Origin: a virus
Strand: one strand, 5' to 3'
Virus record (IMG/VR): IMGVR_UViG_3300045454_000060
Coordinates: 38,456-102,455 of that record
DNA length: 64,000 nucleotides
The translations under genes were made by a program, and so were the position numbers. The notes below the pieces were generated by a model. It saw only the letters and a program-made list of their open reading frames with translations. It did not search any database and was not told the DNA's origin. How positions within the stretch are numbered: position 1 is the stretch's first letter; every line of letters begins with the position of its first letter. Below are positions 37,208-46,419 of this stretch, piece after piece.

Positions 37208-38125
37208 ATGAGCCGAAACTACGCGGTGAGGATCATCGCCGACTCCATCTCGCCGGAAGGGCATCGACTGACGACGATGGAGCTGGAGTATCCGCGCTTC
37301 ATTCACAGTGAGTTCATGACGCATCGCCAGTTCAGCCGCAACGCCTGCTCCTCGCGCGCGATCCCGACCGCGAAGCTGATCGAGCGGGTGCGGCAGGAGC
37401 CGGTGCTGCCGCTGCTCTGGGCGAGCAACAAGTCCGGGATGCAGGCGGGCGAGGAGCTGGGCGAGGCGGAGCGCCGGCGCGCGGAGGAGTGGTGGCGCAC
37501 CGCTGCCATGCGGGCGGCCAATTCGGCCGAGATGCTGCTCGATCTCGGCGTCCACAAGCAGTGGGCGAACCGGCTGCTCGAGCCGTTCCTCACCATCCGT
37601 GTGGTGGTCAGCGCAACCGAGTGGGTCAATTTCTTCGCGCTGCGCTGCCATCGCGATGCGCAGCCGGAAATCCGTCATCTCGCCGACATGATGGCGGAGG
37701 CGATCAAGTGCAGTGATCCCGTGACGCTCAACCCCGGCGAGTGGCATCTGCCTTATGTCGAGCGCGAGGATGTGGCGGCGGTGGTCGCCTGGCTGACAAA
37801 GCATGTCGTGTCGCCGAGCCAATCGTATCTCAACGAGACCCTGATTCGCGTGTCGGTGGCGCGCTGCGCCAGGGTGTCCTACCGCATGCATGATGGTCAG
37901 GCGAGCGATGTGGGGAAGGATCTCGATCTCTACCATCGCCTGATCGCGGCCGACCCCAAGCACGCCAGTCCAGCCGAGCATCAGGCGACCCCGGACGAGG
38001 TGCTGGTGGAGATCGACACGGGTGGACTGCCGGTGCCGATCTGGCGCTCCAGTCAACTGCACGGGAACTTCCAGGGGTGGGTGCAGTATCGCAAGACCCT
38101 GCCCGGTGAGTGCGTCAAGGGCTGA
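37208..38125 (+). CDS. thyX: Flavin-dependent thymidylate synthase
   Basis: THRQFSRNACSSR, HKQWANRLLEP, LRCHRDAQPEI, HASPAEH. Confidence 0.85.
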   Translation: MSRNYAVRIIADSISPEGHRLTTMELEYPRFIHSEFMTHRQFSRNACSSRAIPTAKLIERVRQEPVLPLLWASNKSGMQAGEELGEAERRRAEEWWRTAAMRAANSAEMLLDLGVHKQWANRLLEPFLTIRVVVSATEWVNFFALRCHRDAQPEIRHLADMMAEAIKCSDPVTLNPGEWHLPYVEREDVAAVVAWLTKHVVSPSQSYLNETLIRVSVARCARVSYRMHDGQASDVGKDLDLYHRLIAADPKHASPAEHQATPDEVLVEIDTGGLPVPIWRSSQLHGNFQGWVQYRKTLPGECVKG

Positions 38126-38137
38126 GCAAAGAAGGAC

Positions 38138-38674
38138 ATGGCGAACGTGAATACCAAGATGGTGATCGAGCCGAGCGAGGAACTGCGGCGGCTGCTGGAT
38201 GAGGTTTCGGAATCGCTCAAGGCGCTGGCGCAGCTCGAGGAGTCGGTGCTGCGCGTCAAGCGTCTTACCGAGACGGCAAAGCTGCCGTCGCGCGGCAGCC
38301 AAGGTGCGGTGGGCTACGATCTACACGCCGATCTACCCCAGGGCTTCGTGAGCATCATGCCCGGCACGCGCGCCGTCATCCCGACCGGGATCGCCGTTGC
38401 GATCCCCGAGGGCTGCTATGGTCGGGTCGCGCCGCGCTCCGGTCTGGCGTTGCGGCATGGGCTCGACGTGCTCGCCGGCGTGGTCGATCCGGATTACCGC
38501 GGCGAGGTCATGGTGATCCTGCAGAACAACGGCGCCGATCTTGTCACCATCGCCCGGGGCGATCGCATCGCCCAGCTCATCCTCGAAGCCTGCCTGACGC
38601 CGGAGGTCGAGGAGGTGACGGATCTGGACGCAACGGAGCGGGGCGAGCAGGGTTTCGGCTCGACCGGCCAGTGA
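38138..38674 (+). CDS. dut: Trimeric dUTPase
   Basis: GYDL, PRSGLA, GVVDPDYRGE, RIAQL, RGEQGFGSTG. Confidence 0.96.
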   Translation: MANVNTKMVIEPSEELRRLLDEVSESLKALAQLEESVLRVKRLTETAKLPSRGSQGAVGYDLHADLPQGFVSIMPGTRAVIPTGIAVAIPEGCYGRVAPRSGLALRHGLDVLAGVVDPDYRGEVMVILQNNGADLVTIARGDRIAQLILEACLTPEVEEVTDLDATERGEQGFGSTGQ

Positions 38675-39279
38675 TCGCGCTCTGCGGTGCCGAGCGGGTG
38701 GGCAAGTCCACTCTCGCGCAAGCCTTCGCTCGCGCGCATCATCTGATCTACATCCCATCGCGTGCCGGCGAGGTGTTCCGCGCCATGAATCTGCCGGTCG
38801 GGCCCCTGCCGCCCGAGCAGCGGCTTGTGGTGCAGGAGCGCATCCTGGACGCGCACGTGGCGGACATCGAGGCGGTCAAGGGCGATGGCGCGTGGATTGC
38901 CGACAGGTCAACGCTCGACATGGCAGCCTATGCCCTGTTTGATCTCGCCAATTCGGGCGTCGATCCCGCGCTGGTCGAGGGGTATGTGAACCGCTGTTTC
39001 CGGGTGGCGAACTTCTACTACAGCATGATCGTCCTCGTGCAGCCCGGCATCCCCTATGTCGAGGCGGAGGGCAAGCCGAAAGCCTGTCTGGTGCGGCAGG
39101 CGCTGATGAACAGCATCATCACCGGGCTTCTGCACGATGCCCGGGCGCTCTGCTCGCGCTGGATGCTGCGCTCGCAGGTGCTCGATCTCGACGACCGCTG
39201 TGAGACGCTGATGCGGCTCGTCACGCGATTCTTCCAGCAGACGCAGAACTCGATGCAGGAGGGCGCGGCGCTGCACTGA
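38671..39279 (+). CDS. P-loop nucleotide kinase-like protein
   Basis: GAERVGKST, IADRS; in the nucleotide-metabolism operon. Confidence 0.75.
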   Translation: MIALCGAERVGKSTLAQAFARAHHLIYIPSRAGEVFRAMNLPVGPLPPEQRLVVQERILDAHVADIEAVKGDGAWIADRSTLDMAAYALFDLANSGVDPALVEGYVNRCFRVANFYYSMIVLVQPGIPYVEAEGKPKACLVRQALMNSIITGLLHDARALCSRWMLRSQVLDLDDRCETLMRLVTRFFQQTQNSMQEGAALH

Positions 39280-39346
39280 GCGTGTCCCGGTGATGCGTTG
39301 TGCTCCGAACGCATCACCGGCACACCAATTCATGTCAGGGGTGGGA

Positions 39347-39658
39347 ATGGATGACGTTGGGGCGGATGGTCTGACGGTGCGCGAGGCGATCGCACGGCGC
39401 GTGATGATCGGGCTCGGTCGGCTTGCGCAGGCGCACAAGAGCGGCGAGCTCGGCTTCGAGGCGGCATATCTGGGCATCAAGGTGCTGGTCGAGACCACGC
39501 TGCCCTTCGTGGACCCCACCAGTGCGCAGTTGATCAACCAGATCATGAAGCTGTGGGACGAGGAGGCGAAGGAGCAGCAGCGCGCGGCGCTGGAGCTCGC
39601 GGCGGCTGCGGGCAAGTCGCCGCTGGATGTCGGCGCCTGGGGCACCTGGAGCACCTGA
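39347..39658 (+). CDS. Hypothetical protein ending GAWGTWST
   Basis: ORF follows a 13-bp hairpin at 39288-39321. Confidence 0.65.
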   Translation: MDDVGADGLTVREAIARRVMIGLGRLAQAHKSGELGFEAAYLGIKVLVETTLPFVDPTSAQLINQIMKLWDEEAKEQQRAALELAAAAGKSPLDVGAWGTWST

Positions 39659-39733
39659 CTGCGCCGCGTTTTCCCGATTGCCGGTCAGTGCGCGCTGAGT
39701 TAGATAAGCGCTGAGCAAGATAGCGAGGGGCGC

Positions 39734-40294
39734 ATGGGGCGACTGATTGCCGGTCTGGACTTCGAGAGCACGGGGGTCGATCCCGAGAAGGATCGCATCG
39801 TCGAGGTGGCGATCGTGTTCATGGATCTCGAAAGCGGCGAGGAGCAGGGCCGCTTCGAGCGGCGCATCAACCCCGGCATCCACATCCCCGCGAAGGCGGT
39901 GGCGATCCACGGCATCTCGGATGCCGATGTGATGGGCGCGCCGAGCTTCGCCGAGATCGCCCCGGGTTTCGTCAAGCTGCTGGCGCGGGTTGATCTGCTG
40001 ATCGGCCACAACATCGAGCGGTTCGATGCGCCGCTGCTGGTGCATGAGCTGGTGCGCGCCGGGGTGTCGCCGCCGCATTTCCCGCCCGTGTTCGACACCA
40101 TGCTGCACGGGCGGGGCTGCACCGACGACGGCAAGATTCCCCGTCTGGGCGAACTCTGTTTTGCCCTGGACGTGCCCTATGATCTCGGGCGGGCGCACCA
40201 GGCGACCTACGACGTGTTGGTGAACCTGCAGGCGTTCCGGCGCGGCTGGCAGCTTGGGGTGTTCACGGTGCCGGAGCTGGAGGAGGTGGGATGA
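39734..40294 (+). CDS. DEDDh 3'-5' exonuclease (DnaQ-like)
   Basis: LDFESTG, GHNIERFD, FDT, AHQATYDV. Confidence 0.92.
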   Translation: MGRLIAGLDFESTGVDPEKDRIVEVAIVFMDLESGEEQGRFERRINPGIHIPAKAVAIHGISDADVMGAPSFAEIAPGFVKLLARVDLLIGHNIERFDAPLLVHELVRAGVSPPHFPPVFDTMLHGRGCTDDGKIPRLGELCFALDVPYDLGRAHQATYDVLVNLQAFRRGWQLGVFTVPELEEVG

Positions 40295-40536
40295 GCGGGT
40301 ATTTCAACAAGGGCGTCTATCTTCAGCGCCTGCTGACGAAGGCGCGCGAGGACGATCAGCCGCTCAGGATCTGCGTTCGGGTCATCGGCGAGGATATGGC
40401 TCATGAGCTGGAGCTGCTCCAGATTCACGTGGATTTCATCCTGTGCAGGGTCTGGGCATCTTCGGACGATCATGTGCTGATGCTCCCGTTCTCCGCAATC
40501 ACGACGATTGCTCATGAGGTCAAGACCGATGCGTAG
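40291..40536 (+). CDS. Hypothetical protein
   Basis: ATGA overlap; GGAGG SD. Confidence 0.6.
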   Translation: MSGYFNKGVYLQRLLTKAREDDQPLRICVRVIGEDMAHELELLQIHVDFILCRVWASSDDHVLMLPFSAITTIAHEVKTDA

Positions 40537-40813
40537 GGTTGCATGGCTGGTCGCGGGAGGGCTTTGCGCGCTCATTGGCACGCAGGTGCATGGTCAGACG
40601 CGCGAGCCCGACATCCTGCTGCGTCGGCCTGACGGACGCTACTACGCACCCGACATCCCGGGCGCACGGCGCGGCGAGCGCCTCGAGGTCAGGCCGGTTC
40701 CAGGCACCGACCGATCGGCGGTCTATGGTCGCGATGGGCGGCGCATCGGCACCATCGAGCGCCGTCCGCATGGCGGCAGCAATTTCTACGATCGCGACGG
40801 GCGGCGGCGATGA
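40529..40813 (+). CDS. Small putatively exported protein
   Basis: Signal-peptide-like N-terminus; YxRDGRR repeats. Confidence 0.55.
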   Translation: MRRVAWLVAGGLCALIGTQVHGQTREPDILLRRPDGRYYAPDIPGARRGERLEVRPVPGTDRSAVYGRDGRRIGTIERRPHGGSNFYDRDGRRR

Positions 40814-41091
40814 GCGCGCACACCCCTGGGCCTTGGCATCATAACGGGGCTTTGCGCATCTACACCGACGCAGGCGAGCAGATCGCGTTGGTGCTCCGTC
40901 GCGGCAACACCAATCGCGAGGTCGCCAACGCGGATCTTATCGCCACTGCGCCCGATTTGCTGCGGGCGCTGTGCAGGCTGGTTGCTGTGGTGACGGTGGA
41001 GGAGAATCGCAGCGCCGCGCTCAACGATGCGATCAAGGACGCTCTTGCCGTCATCGCGGCGACGGGGCTTCGCGACGGGCGGCGGCGATGA
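40810..41091 (+). CDS. Phage hypothetical protein (HTPGPW..ANADLIATAPDLL family)
   Basis: Recognisable motif; flanked by 22-bp direct repeats. Confidence 0.75.
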   Translation: MSAHTPGPWHHNGALRIYTDAGEQIALVLRRGNTNREVANADLIATAPDLLRALCRLVAVVTVEENRSAALNDAIKDALAVIAATGLRDGRRR

Positions 41092-41282
41092 TCGACCGGG
41101 CGATCGGGAAACACTATCGCCCCGTGGTTGCGTGCCGGCTGGAGCAGCGACGCAAGGTTTTCTCGGTGCGGGGTCGCTGCTACGGGTCCCGACGGCGGCT
41201 CATCATCTCGCGGTGCAGGTGGGGTGATGGGTATTGGATCAGGCGCTTCTTCCAAGAGCTCATGGTGAGGCCGCCGGAGTGA
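41088..41282 (+). CDS. Small basic hypothetical protein
   Basis: Overlaps with both neighbours. Confidence 0.45.
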   Translation: MIDRAIGKHYRPVVACRLEQRRKVFSVRGRCYGSRRRLIISRCRWGDGYWIRRFFQELMVRPPE

Positions 41283-41737
41283 TGCTTGCGCTCGACAGCC
41301 GTCCCGAGTTCGACACCTGGGCGCTCGATCTCTGCGAGCTGGTCGCGAGACGCTCGCGCGACCCGGCCTGCAAGGTGGGCGCGGTGATCGTGCGGCCGGA
41401 CAAGACCATCGCCTCCATCGGCTACAACGGTTTCCCCAGGGGCGTGCTGGATGCCGTCGAGCGCTACGAGACGCGCGAGCAGAAGTTGATGATGGTGGTG
41501 CATGCCGAGGTGAACGCCATCGTCACGGCACGCGAGCCGCTGCACGGCTACACGCTCTATGTCAGCCCGATGATGCCCTGCGCGCACTGCGCCGGGGTGA
41601 TCATCCAGAGCGGTATGAGGCGCGTGATCGCGCGCATGGACAAGAACCCCGAGGACTCGAAATGGGCGCGGAGCTATGCGGTGACGCGCACCATGTTCGA
41701 GGAGGCGGAGGTTCGCCTGGAGCTGAGGAGGGTGTGA
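41282..41737 (+). CDS. dCMP deaminase
   Basis: KVGAVI, GYNG, HAEVNAI, PCAHC. Confidence 0.93.
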   Translation: MLALDSRPEFDTWALDLCELVARRSRDPACKVGAVIVRPDKTIASIGYNGFPRGVLDAVERYETREQKLMMVVHAEVNAIVTAREPLHGYTLYVSPMMPCAHCAGVIIQSGMRRVIARMDKNPEDSKWARSYAVTRTMFEEAEVRLELRRV

Positions 41738-42099
41738 TGGATGTGACCAAGCTGCCCAAGTGGGCGCAGCAGAAGATCGACGACCTGCAGCGCCATCTGG
41801 CGAAAGCCTATGATGAGCTTGCCGTCTACAAGTCCATGTTGAACAACGGCGTGGCGACGGGGGCGTCCGAGAATGCGAGGGTGATTGTCGAGTTCACCAC
41901 CAGGAACTCGATTCACGCCTTCTCGCTGCCGCTTGGGTCGGACGTCACCTTCAAGATCGGCCCCACTTCCGCCGACAGGTTCACCGTCTGCTACAGCGGG
42001 GACCGTCTGATGGTCAATGGCGGGCACTCGATCCTGGTGCATCCCTTCTCCTCCAATGTCGTGCATGTCGCGATGAAAAGTCAGCCTGAACGCGCCTGA
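41737..42099 (+). CDS. Hypothetical protein MDVTKLPKWAQ
   Basis: GAGGAGGG SD; TGATG overlap. Confidence 0.7.
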   Translation: MDVTKLPKWAQQKIDDLQRHLAKAYDELAVYKSMLNNGVATGASENARVIVEFTTRNSIHAFSLPLGSDVTFKIGPTSADRFTVCYSGDRLMVNGGHSILVHPFSSNVVHVAMKSQPERA

Positions 42100-42189
42100 G
42101 TTTTGCGCTTGCTCTCCATTCAGCGCTGAGCGACAAAGCGACATGCCAAGCGCACGGGGCGCGGGGCGCAGCGAGAAGGAGGGTTGCGG

Positions 42190-43029
42190 ATGGATGGCAT
42201 CAGCACCGGCGCCGGCACCAGTGGCGTCGAGATGGACGAGCTGACGCGCATGATGGTCGAGTCGGGGTTCCTGTCCCCGGGGGCCGTCGGGGCGCCGGCG
42301 GAGGTGGAGATCGCCGACGAGGTCGATGATGGGGCCGTGCCCGAGCTCGACGAGGTCAGTGGCGCGATCGAGATCAATGGCGCGATCGAGGAGCCGCCGG
42401 AGCTCGAGGAGCTCGTCGAGCTGCCGGACGAGACCCTGACGGCGGTGGCCGGCGCGATCGCCGCCGACGAGATTCGCGCCGAGTCCTATGCCGAGCAGGA
42501 CAGCGAGGTCGGCTTCGTCGAGCCGCCGATCGAGGCGCCGAAGGTCCCCGGCAAGCCCAGGAAGGCCAAGTCCACCGGCCCCGTGACGCGGGGCAGGGGT
42601 ATGAGCCCGGCCGAGTATGTCGCCAAGCTGACCGGCGACACGACCCTGGTCGGGGTGGTCGAGACCCTGCCCAAGAAGGTCAAGGAGAAGGCGGCCAATC
42701 TGTTCGACCACCTGCACGGCGGCAAGTCGCTGTCGGTGTTCACCCGGGTCGCGCTGACGATGCTCGCGGCCGAGGGGTCGATCAGCGGCCCCAGGCTGGT
42801 GGCGGCGCTGCAGGCGGGCAGCAAGCGTGGCGGCGGCGACGGCTACTCGCTCGGCACGGCGCGCAGCCAGGCGCAGCAGCAGATGACGCTGCTCGCCAAG
42901 CTCGGCATCGCCAAGCGCGACGGCGACAAGCTCGTGCCCGATCCCGAGAGCGCGCTCTGGCAGGCGCTGTCGGGAACCGCTCAGGCGGGCGAGGGGGAGG
43001 GGGAGGCCCCCTTGGCGGAAGCCGCCTGA
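42190..43029 (+). CDS. Acidic N-terminus, C-terminal winged-helix-like protein
   Basis: AAGGAGG SD; GYSLGTARSQAQQQMTLLAKLG. Confidence 0.75.
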   Translation: MDGISTGAGTSGVEMDELTRMMVESGFLSPGAVGAPAEVEIADEVDDGAVPELDEVSGAIEINGAIEEPPELEELVELPDETLTAVAGAIAADEIRAESYAEQDSEVGFVEPPIEAPKVPGKPRKAKSTGPVTRGRGMSPAEYVAKLTGDTTLVGVVETLPKKVKEKAANLFDHLHGGKSLSVFTRVALTMLAAEGSISGPRLVAALQAGSKRGGGDGYSLGTARSQAQQQMTLLAKLGIAKRDGDKLVPDPESALWQALSGTAQAGEGEGEAPLAEAA

Positions 43030-43115
43030 GCGAAGGGCGGGGTGTTCGACTGGCAGCGGGCACCCCGCCCGCTCGCCAAGCAACAGTGTGATCCCACGGA
43101 CCCTTGGAGGAACAG

Positions 43116-43457
43116 GTGATTCTGGAGGCTATTCTCGCACCCAAATGGTGCGTGGTGGACGGCTACCGCTTCACGCGCGAGGATCTGCTCGCCACGCCCA
43201 GATGGTGGTGGCGGCGGGCGCGCAAGCAGGCCTGGTGGCGCCTGCATCTGCGTCGCAAGATGATCGAGGAGGAGGCGCGCGAGGGCTGGATCAACCCGCT
43301 GCTCTGCTGGCCGGAGCTGCGGTTGTTCCTGGTCGAAGGCGACCCCCAGGTGCTCGACTATGCGCGCGAGAAGACCCGCATCATCGAGGAGGCGGGTCGC
43401 GTGGCGCGGCTGGTCAAGCTGCGCACCACCCCGGAGCTGCTACCCCAGACGGAGTGA
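43116..43457 (+). CDS. Hypothetical protein
   Basis: GGAGG SD 5 nt before GTG. Confidence 0.6.
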   Translation: MILEAILAPKWCVVDGYRFTREDLLATPRWWWRRARKQAWWRLHLRRKMIEEEAREGWINPLLCWPELRLFLVEGDPQVLDYAREKTRIIEEAGRVARLVKLRTTPELLPQTE

Positions 43458-43471
43458 GCGCCGATGTGCTG

Positions 43472-43505
43472 ACGGGCGGGAGCGATCCCGCCCGTTTTGC
43501 CTTTT
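43472..43505 (+). terminator. Intrinsic terminator
   Basis: CGGGCGGGA-gcga-TCCCGCCCG then TTTT. Confidence 0.75.
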
Positions 43506-43537
43506 GGAAATGGAAGGAAAACTCAATGGAGGTAACG

Positions 43538-43933
43538 ATGGCGCTTTCCCGTGGCGAGGCCCTCGCAAGCGGCAGCCTGATCGACTATTCGGACGTGGCT
43601 TCTCTGCTCGGCTATCGCTGGGCTGTGGCGATCACCGACGATCTCGAGAGCCACCTTCACAAGACCCTGCCGGCGGTGCTCAGGAGACCAAACGCGGGTT
43701 CGGACGAGGCGCTGCGCGTCGTGAACAACCTCATGAACGCGGTCGTATCCAGCGTGCTCATGCACGCGATGCGTGCGGTGCATGAGGCCGGCAAGGATCC
43801 GCATCGTGCGAACCGCAGCTCGACCCGCTTCAGCTTCGAGGCGGAGTGGAAGCCGAACGAGCGCCTCGATCTCGAGATCTCCGTCGAGGCGGATGATGAC
43901 GGTCAGCCGTGCTTCACGGTGGGGCTTGCATGA
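43538..43933 (+). CDS. Hypothetical protein
   Basis: GGAGG SD; SRGEALASGSLID..VAIT. Confidence 0.65.
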   Translation: MALSRGEALASGSLIDYSDVASLLGYRWAVAITDDLESHLHKTLPAVLRRPNAGSDEALRVVNNLMNAVVSSVLMHAMRAVHEAGKDPHRANRSSTRFSFEAEWKPNERLDLEISVEADDDGQPCFTVGLA

Positions 43934-44172
43934 CCTCCACGCTGGAGCTTCATGTCAGCTATCGCCTGGAGGGGCTTGGCTCCTGGAACATCCGATCGCC
44001 CGACGGTCGCGAACTGATGCGCGATCCGGGTCTGGTCGGCGAGGACATCCTCAGCGGCGACTATCCGCTGCATTCGACCGGCCGGGGGTATCGCCGGCTG
44101 ATCGCGCGCTGCCATCAAGGCACCCCTGCCGAGCAGAAAGGCGGGGTGCCGAGCGCGTCAGGGAAACGCTGA
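43930..44172 (+). CDS. Hypothetical protein
   Basis: ATGA overlap. Confidence 0.5.
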   Translation: MTSTLELHVSYRLEGLGSWNIRSPDGRELMRDPGLVGEDILSGDYPLHSTGRGYRRLIARCHQGTPAEQKGGVPSASGKR

Positions 44173-44410
44173 GGGGCACGGAGCGCACTTCCCGCTACCG
44201 GGGTAGCGCGAACACGCTGCCGCGCTGTAGCGCGTTCCCAGGGGCTTCCAGAGGGGTGTTGCCCGTGCGCGGGATGTCTAGGAGCCCGGAACATGCTGGT
44301 AGCGCGGGGATAACGGGTGACGTATTCTAGGGGTGTCGAGCGGGATTGACGCGGCTGCGTCGATGTCGTCGATATTTCCTTTGGCAGTAAACTGGCCGAT
44401 CGTGGTCGCG

Positions 44411-44445
44411 GGGGCGGGTCCGGGTGATCCGCCCCTCTTTTTTTT
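44411..44445 (+). terminator. Intrinsic terminator
   Basis: GGGGCGGGTC..GATCCGCCCC then T8. Confidence 0.8.
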
Positions 44446-44548
44446 GCCCGCATGGCTGCTGCGCCGGAACGCACCGCTAAGTCAGTCGTGACAAGCGCGC
44501 GAATCTGAGCGATAGACGGGAACGCAAGCAGACGCGAAGGAGGAATTG

Positions 44549-45103
44549 ATGCGCGTTGATCGGCTGGAACGCCTGAAAGCGGTGCTGCGCGAGGTGGAGG
44601 AGCAGCAGAAGCCCTTCAACATCGGGGCCTGGATGGCGAAGACCCACCCGGCAACGCAGGAGCTTGTGAACGGGCACAATCTTGGCGCGTTCTGCGGCAC
44701 CGCCTGCTGCGCGATGGGCTGGGCGGCGTTCGATCCGGAGCTGCGGGGTCAGGGTCTGCATATGATCGTGCGGACGATTCTTCCGGATTTTTCTGACGGC
44801 CCGAAGTCAGAGTGGAAGGCTGTCTCCTCGCTTGAGGACTTCGATGCCCGCTTCGTCGAGACCGTGCGCGACCCCGGGAGCTTCATCGAGACGACGGTGG
44901 CGTTCGATGACGCGATCGGCTTCCAGGCCGCCGCCGAGTTCTTCGCGATCGGCGTGGACGAGGCGATCAGGCTGTTCTCGTCGCGTGCCTACTGGACAGA
45001 GGAGCGCAGGGGCACCCCCATCAGGGTCACGCCGGCGATGGTGATCGAGCGGATCGACGCGCTGCTCGACGCGCACCGCAACAAATCGCTTGCCGGTGAC
45101 TGA
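44549..45103 (+). CDS. Cys-motif hypothetical protein (paralog A)
   Basis: CGTACCAMGW..DPEL; AAGGAGG SD. Confidence 0.75.
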   Translation: MRVDRLERLKAVLREVEEQQKPFNIGAWMAKTHPATQELVNGHNLGAFCGTACCAMGWAAFDPELRGQGLHMIVRTILPDFSDGPKSEWKAVSSLEDFDARFVETVRDPGSFIETTVAFDDAIGFQAAAEFFAIGVDEAIRLFSSRAYWTEERRGTPIRVTPAMVIERIDALLDAHRNKSLAGD

Positions 45104-45151
45104 GCGCTGAGCGAAAAGTCATCACTGAGGCACGAGCACAGGAGGGAAGCG

Positions 45152-45586
45152 ATGGAGCTGACGCGCGAGGACGCGCTGGGGGCGTTGGGCGATGCCCGCG
45201 AGGCGCTGGCGCGTGAGGGGCGCTGGCGTCAGGGCGACTGGTTCGACTGGCGCGACGTGGCGCATCGCATCAGGCCCGATGGCGTTCCGCCGCCCGACTG
45301 CGCCTGCCTGATGGGGCAGATCGGCCTCAGCTACGGGTTCGCGGCGAACGAGATCGAGAAATCCCACCAGAATGAAGGCGACACCATCGAGATTCGCCTG
45401 AACGAGTTCGCACGCCTGCTGGCGCCGCACATCCTGGCACTCAAGCCGGAAGGCCTGCCGGTCTTCCCGATCGAGGACTACACCTGGGATGACGTGGCGG
45501 CATGGAACGATCATCCGAGCACCAGGCTCGAACACGTGCTCGCGGTGCTGGATGCGGCGATCGCCGAGCTGAAGCGGGGCAAGTGA
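45152..45586 (+). CDS. Hypothetical protein (CACLMG..WND motif)
   Basis: AGGAGG SD. Confidence 0.75.
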   Translation: MELTREDALGALGDAREALAREGRWRQGDWFDWRDVAHRIRPDGVPPPDCACLMGQIGLSYGFAANEIEKSHQNEGDTIEIRLNEFARLLAPHILALKPEGLPVFPIEDYTWDDVAAWNDHPSTRLEHVLAVLDAAIAELKRGK

Positions 45587-45603
45587 GCAAGGGGGACGCT
45601 GTA

Positions 45604-45807
45604 ATGACGGATTACGTGATTACCACCGCCGGGCAGTTCTATGTGGACGCGATGACTCTGAAGAAGCTCGCGCGCACGCTGAAGTCTAACCCGGAAGGGG
45701 CGCGTGCGCTGCGGCAGATCGCCGCTCGCTTGGAGGCGGCGGCCTTCTATGTGGCCGGCGCGGAGGCGCGCTCGACTTGTGGCACCCCGATCGACGTTCA
45801 GGCGTGA
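45604..45807 (+). CDS. Hypothetical protein
   Basis: ORF with SD. Confidence 0.5.
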   Translation: MTDYVITTAGQFYVDAMTLKKLARTLKSNPEGARALRQIAARLEAAAFYVAGAEARSTCGTPIDVQA

Positions 45808-45817
45808 TGGCGCGGGC

Positions 45818-46363
45818 ATGGCGAAGAAGGAGTTCAAGCGCCTGCGCAGGCTGCAGGAGGTGCTGCACGCGGTGCACAGGCAGCGCAAGCCGTTCGCCCT
45901 CGATAATTGGGTCGCGCGCGGCTACGTGAATGGCGGGACGGTCACTGCGAAGGGCCTCGAACGCACCTGTGGCACCGTCTGTTGCGCCGTCGGCTGGGGT
46001 GCGCTCGACCCGGAGCTCCAGAAGCAGGGGCTGAAGGCGGTCGCATACGCGAAATGGGGACCTGACAGTCTCGGTCGTCGTGACCCGGTTGTGGTTACCT
46101 CCGCCCGGCAGTTCAGGGGCCTCGACGAGAAATACCACGTCGAAGTCGCCATTTGCTACGGGGATCAGACGGACAGTGAAGCCATCAAGAGATTCTTCGG
46201 TGTCACCGAGGCAGCAACCGACTGGCTGTTCTACCCCCACGCCTATCCTGAGGGCATGATCACGCCGGCGATGGTGATCGAGCGCATCGAGCGGGTGATC
46301 GCTGCCGGCGGCAGGTGCCCGGACGAGCAGTATGCCCAGCATTGGGCGATGGACAACGGCTGA
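45818..46363 (+). CDS. Cys-motif hypothetical protein (paralog B)
   Basis: CGTVCCAVGW..DPEL; ITPAMVIERI. Confidence 0.75.
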   Translation: MAKKEFKRLRRLQEVLHAVHRQRKPFALDNWVARGYVNGGTVTAKGLERTCGTVCCAVGWGALDPELQKQGLKAVAYAKWGPDSLGRRDPVVVTSARQFRGLDEKYHVEVAICYGDQTDSEAIKRFFGVTEAATDWLFYPHAYPEGMITPAMVIERIERVIAAGGRCPDEQYAQHWAMDNG

Positions 46364-46419
46364 CATCGCGAGGAGAGCATGGCGAAAATCAAGATGCGAC
46401 AGATCCAGGAGGCGGCGTG

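Noticed and set aside
37208-41737. Hypermodified-base DNA pathway
   Set aside because: Only standard dTTP-supply enzymes; no hydroxymethylase, glycosyltransferase, PurZ or deazaguanine genes recognised
43030-43078. GTTCGA T-loop-like sequence suggesting a tRNA
   Set aside because: Lies in a single long hairpin; no cloverleaf
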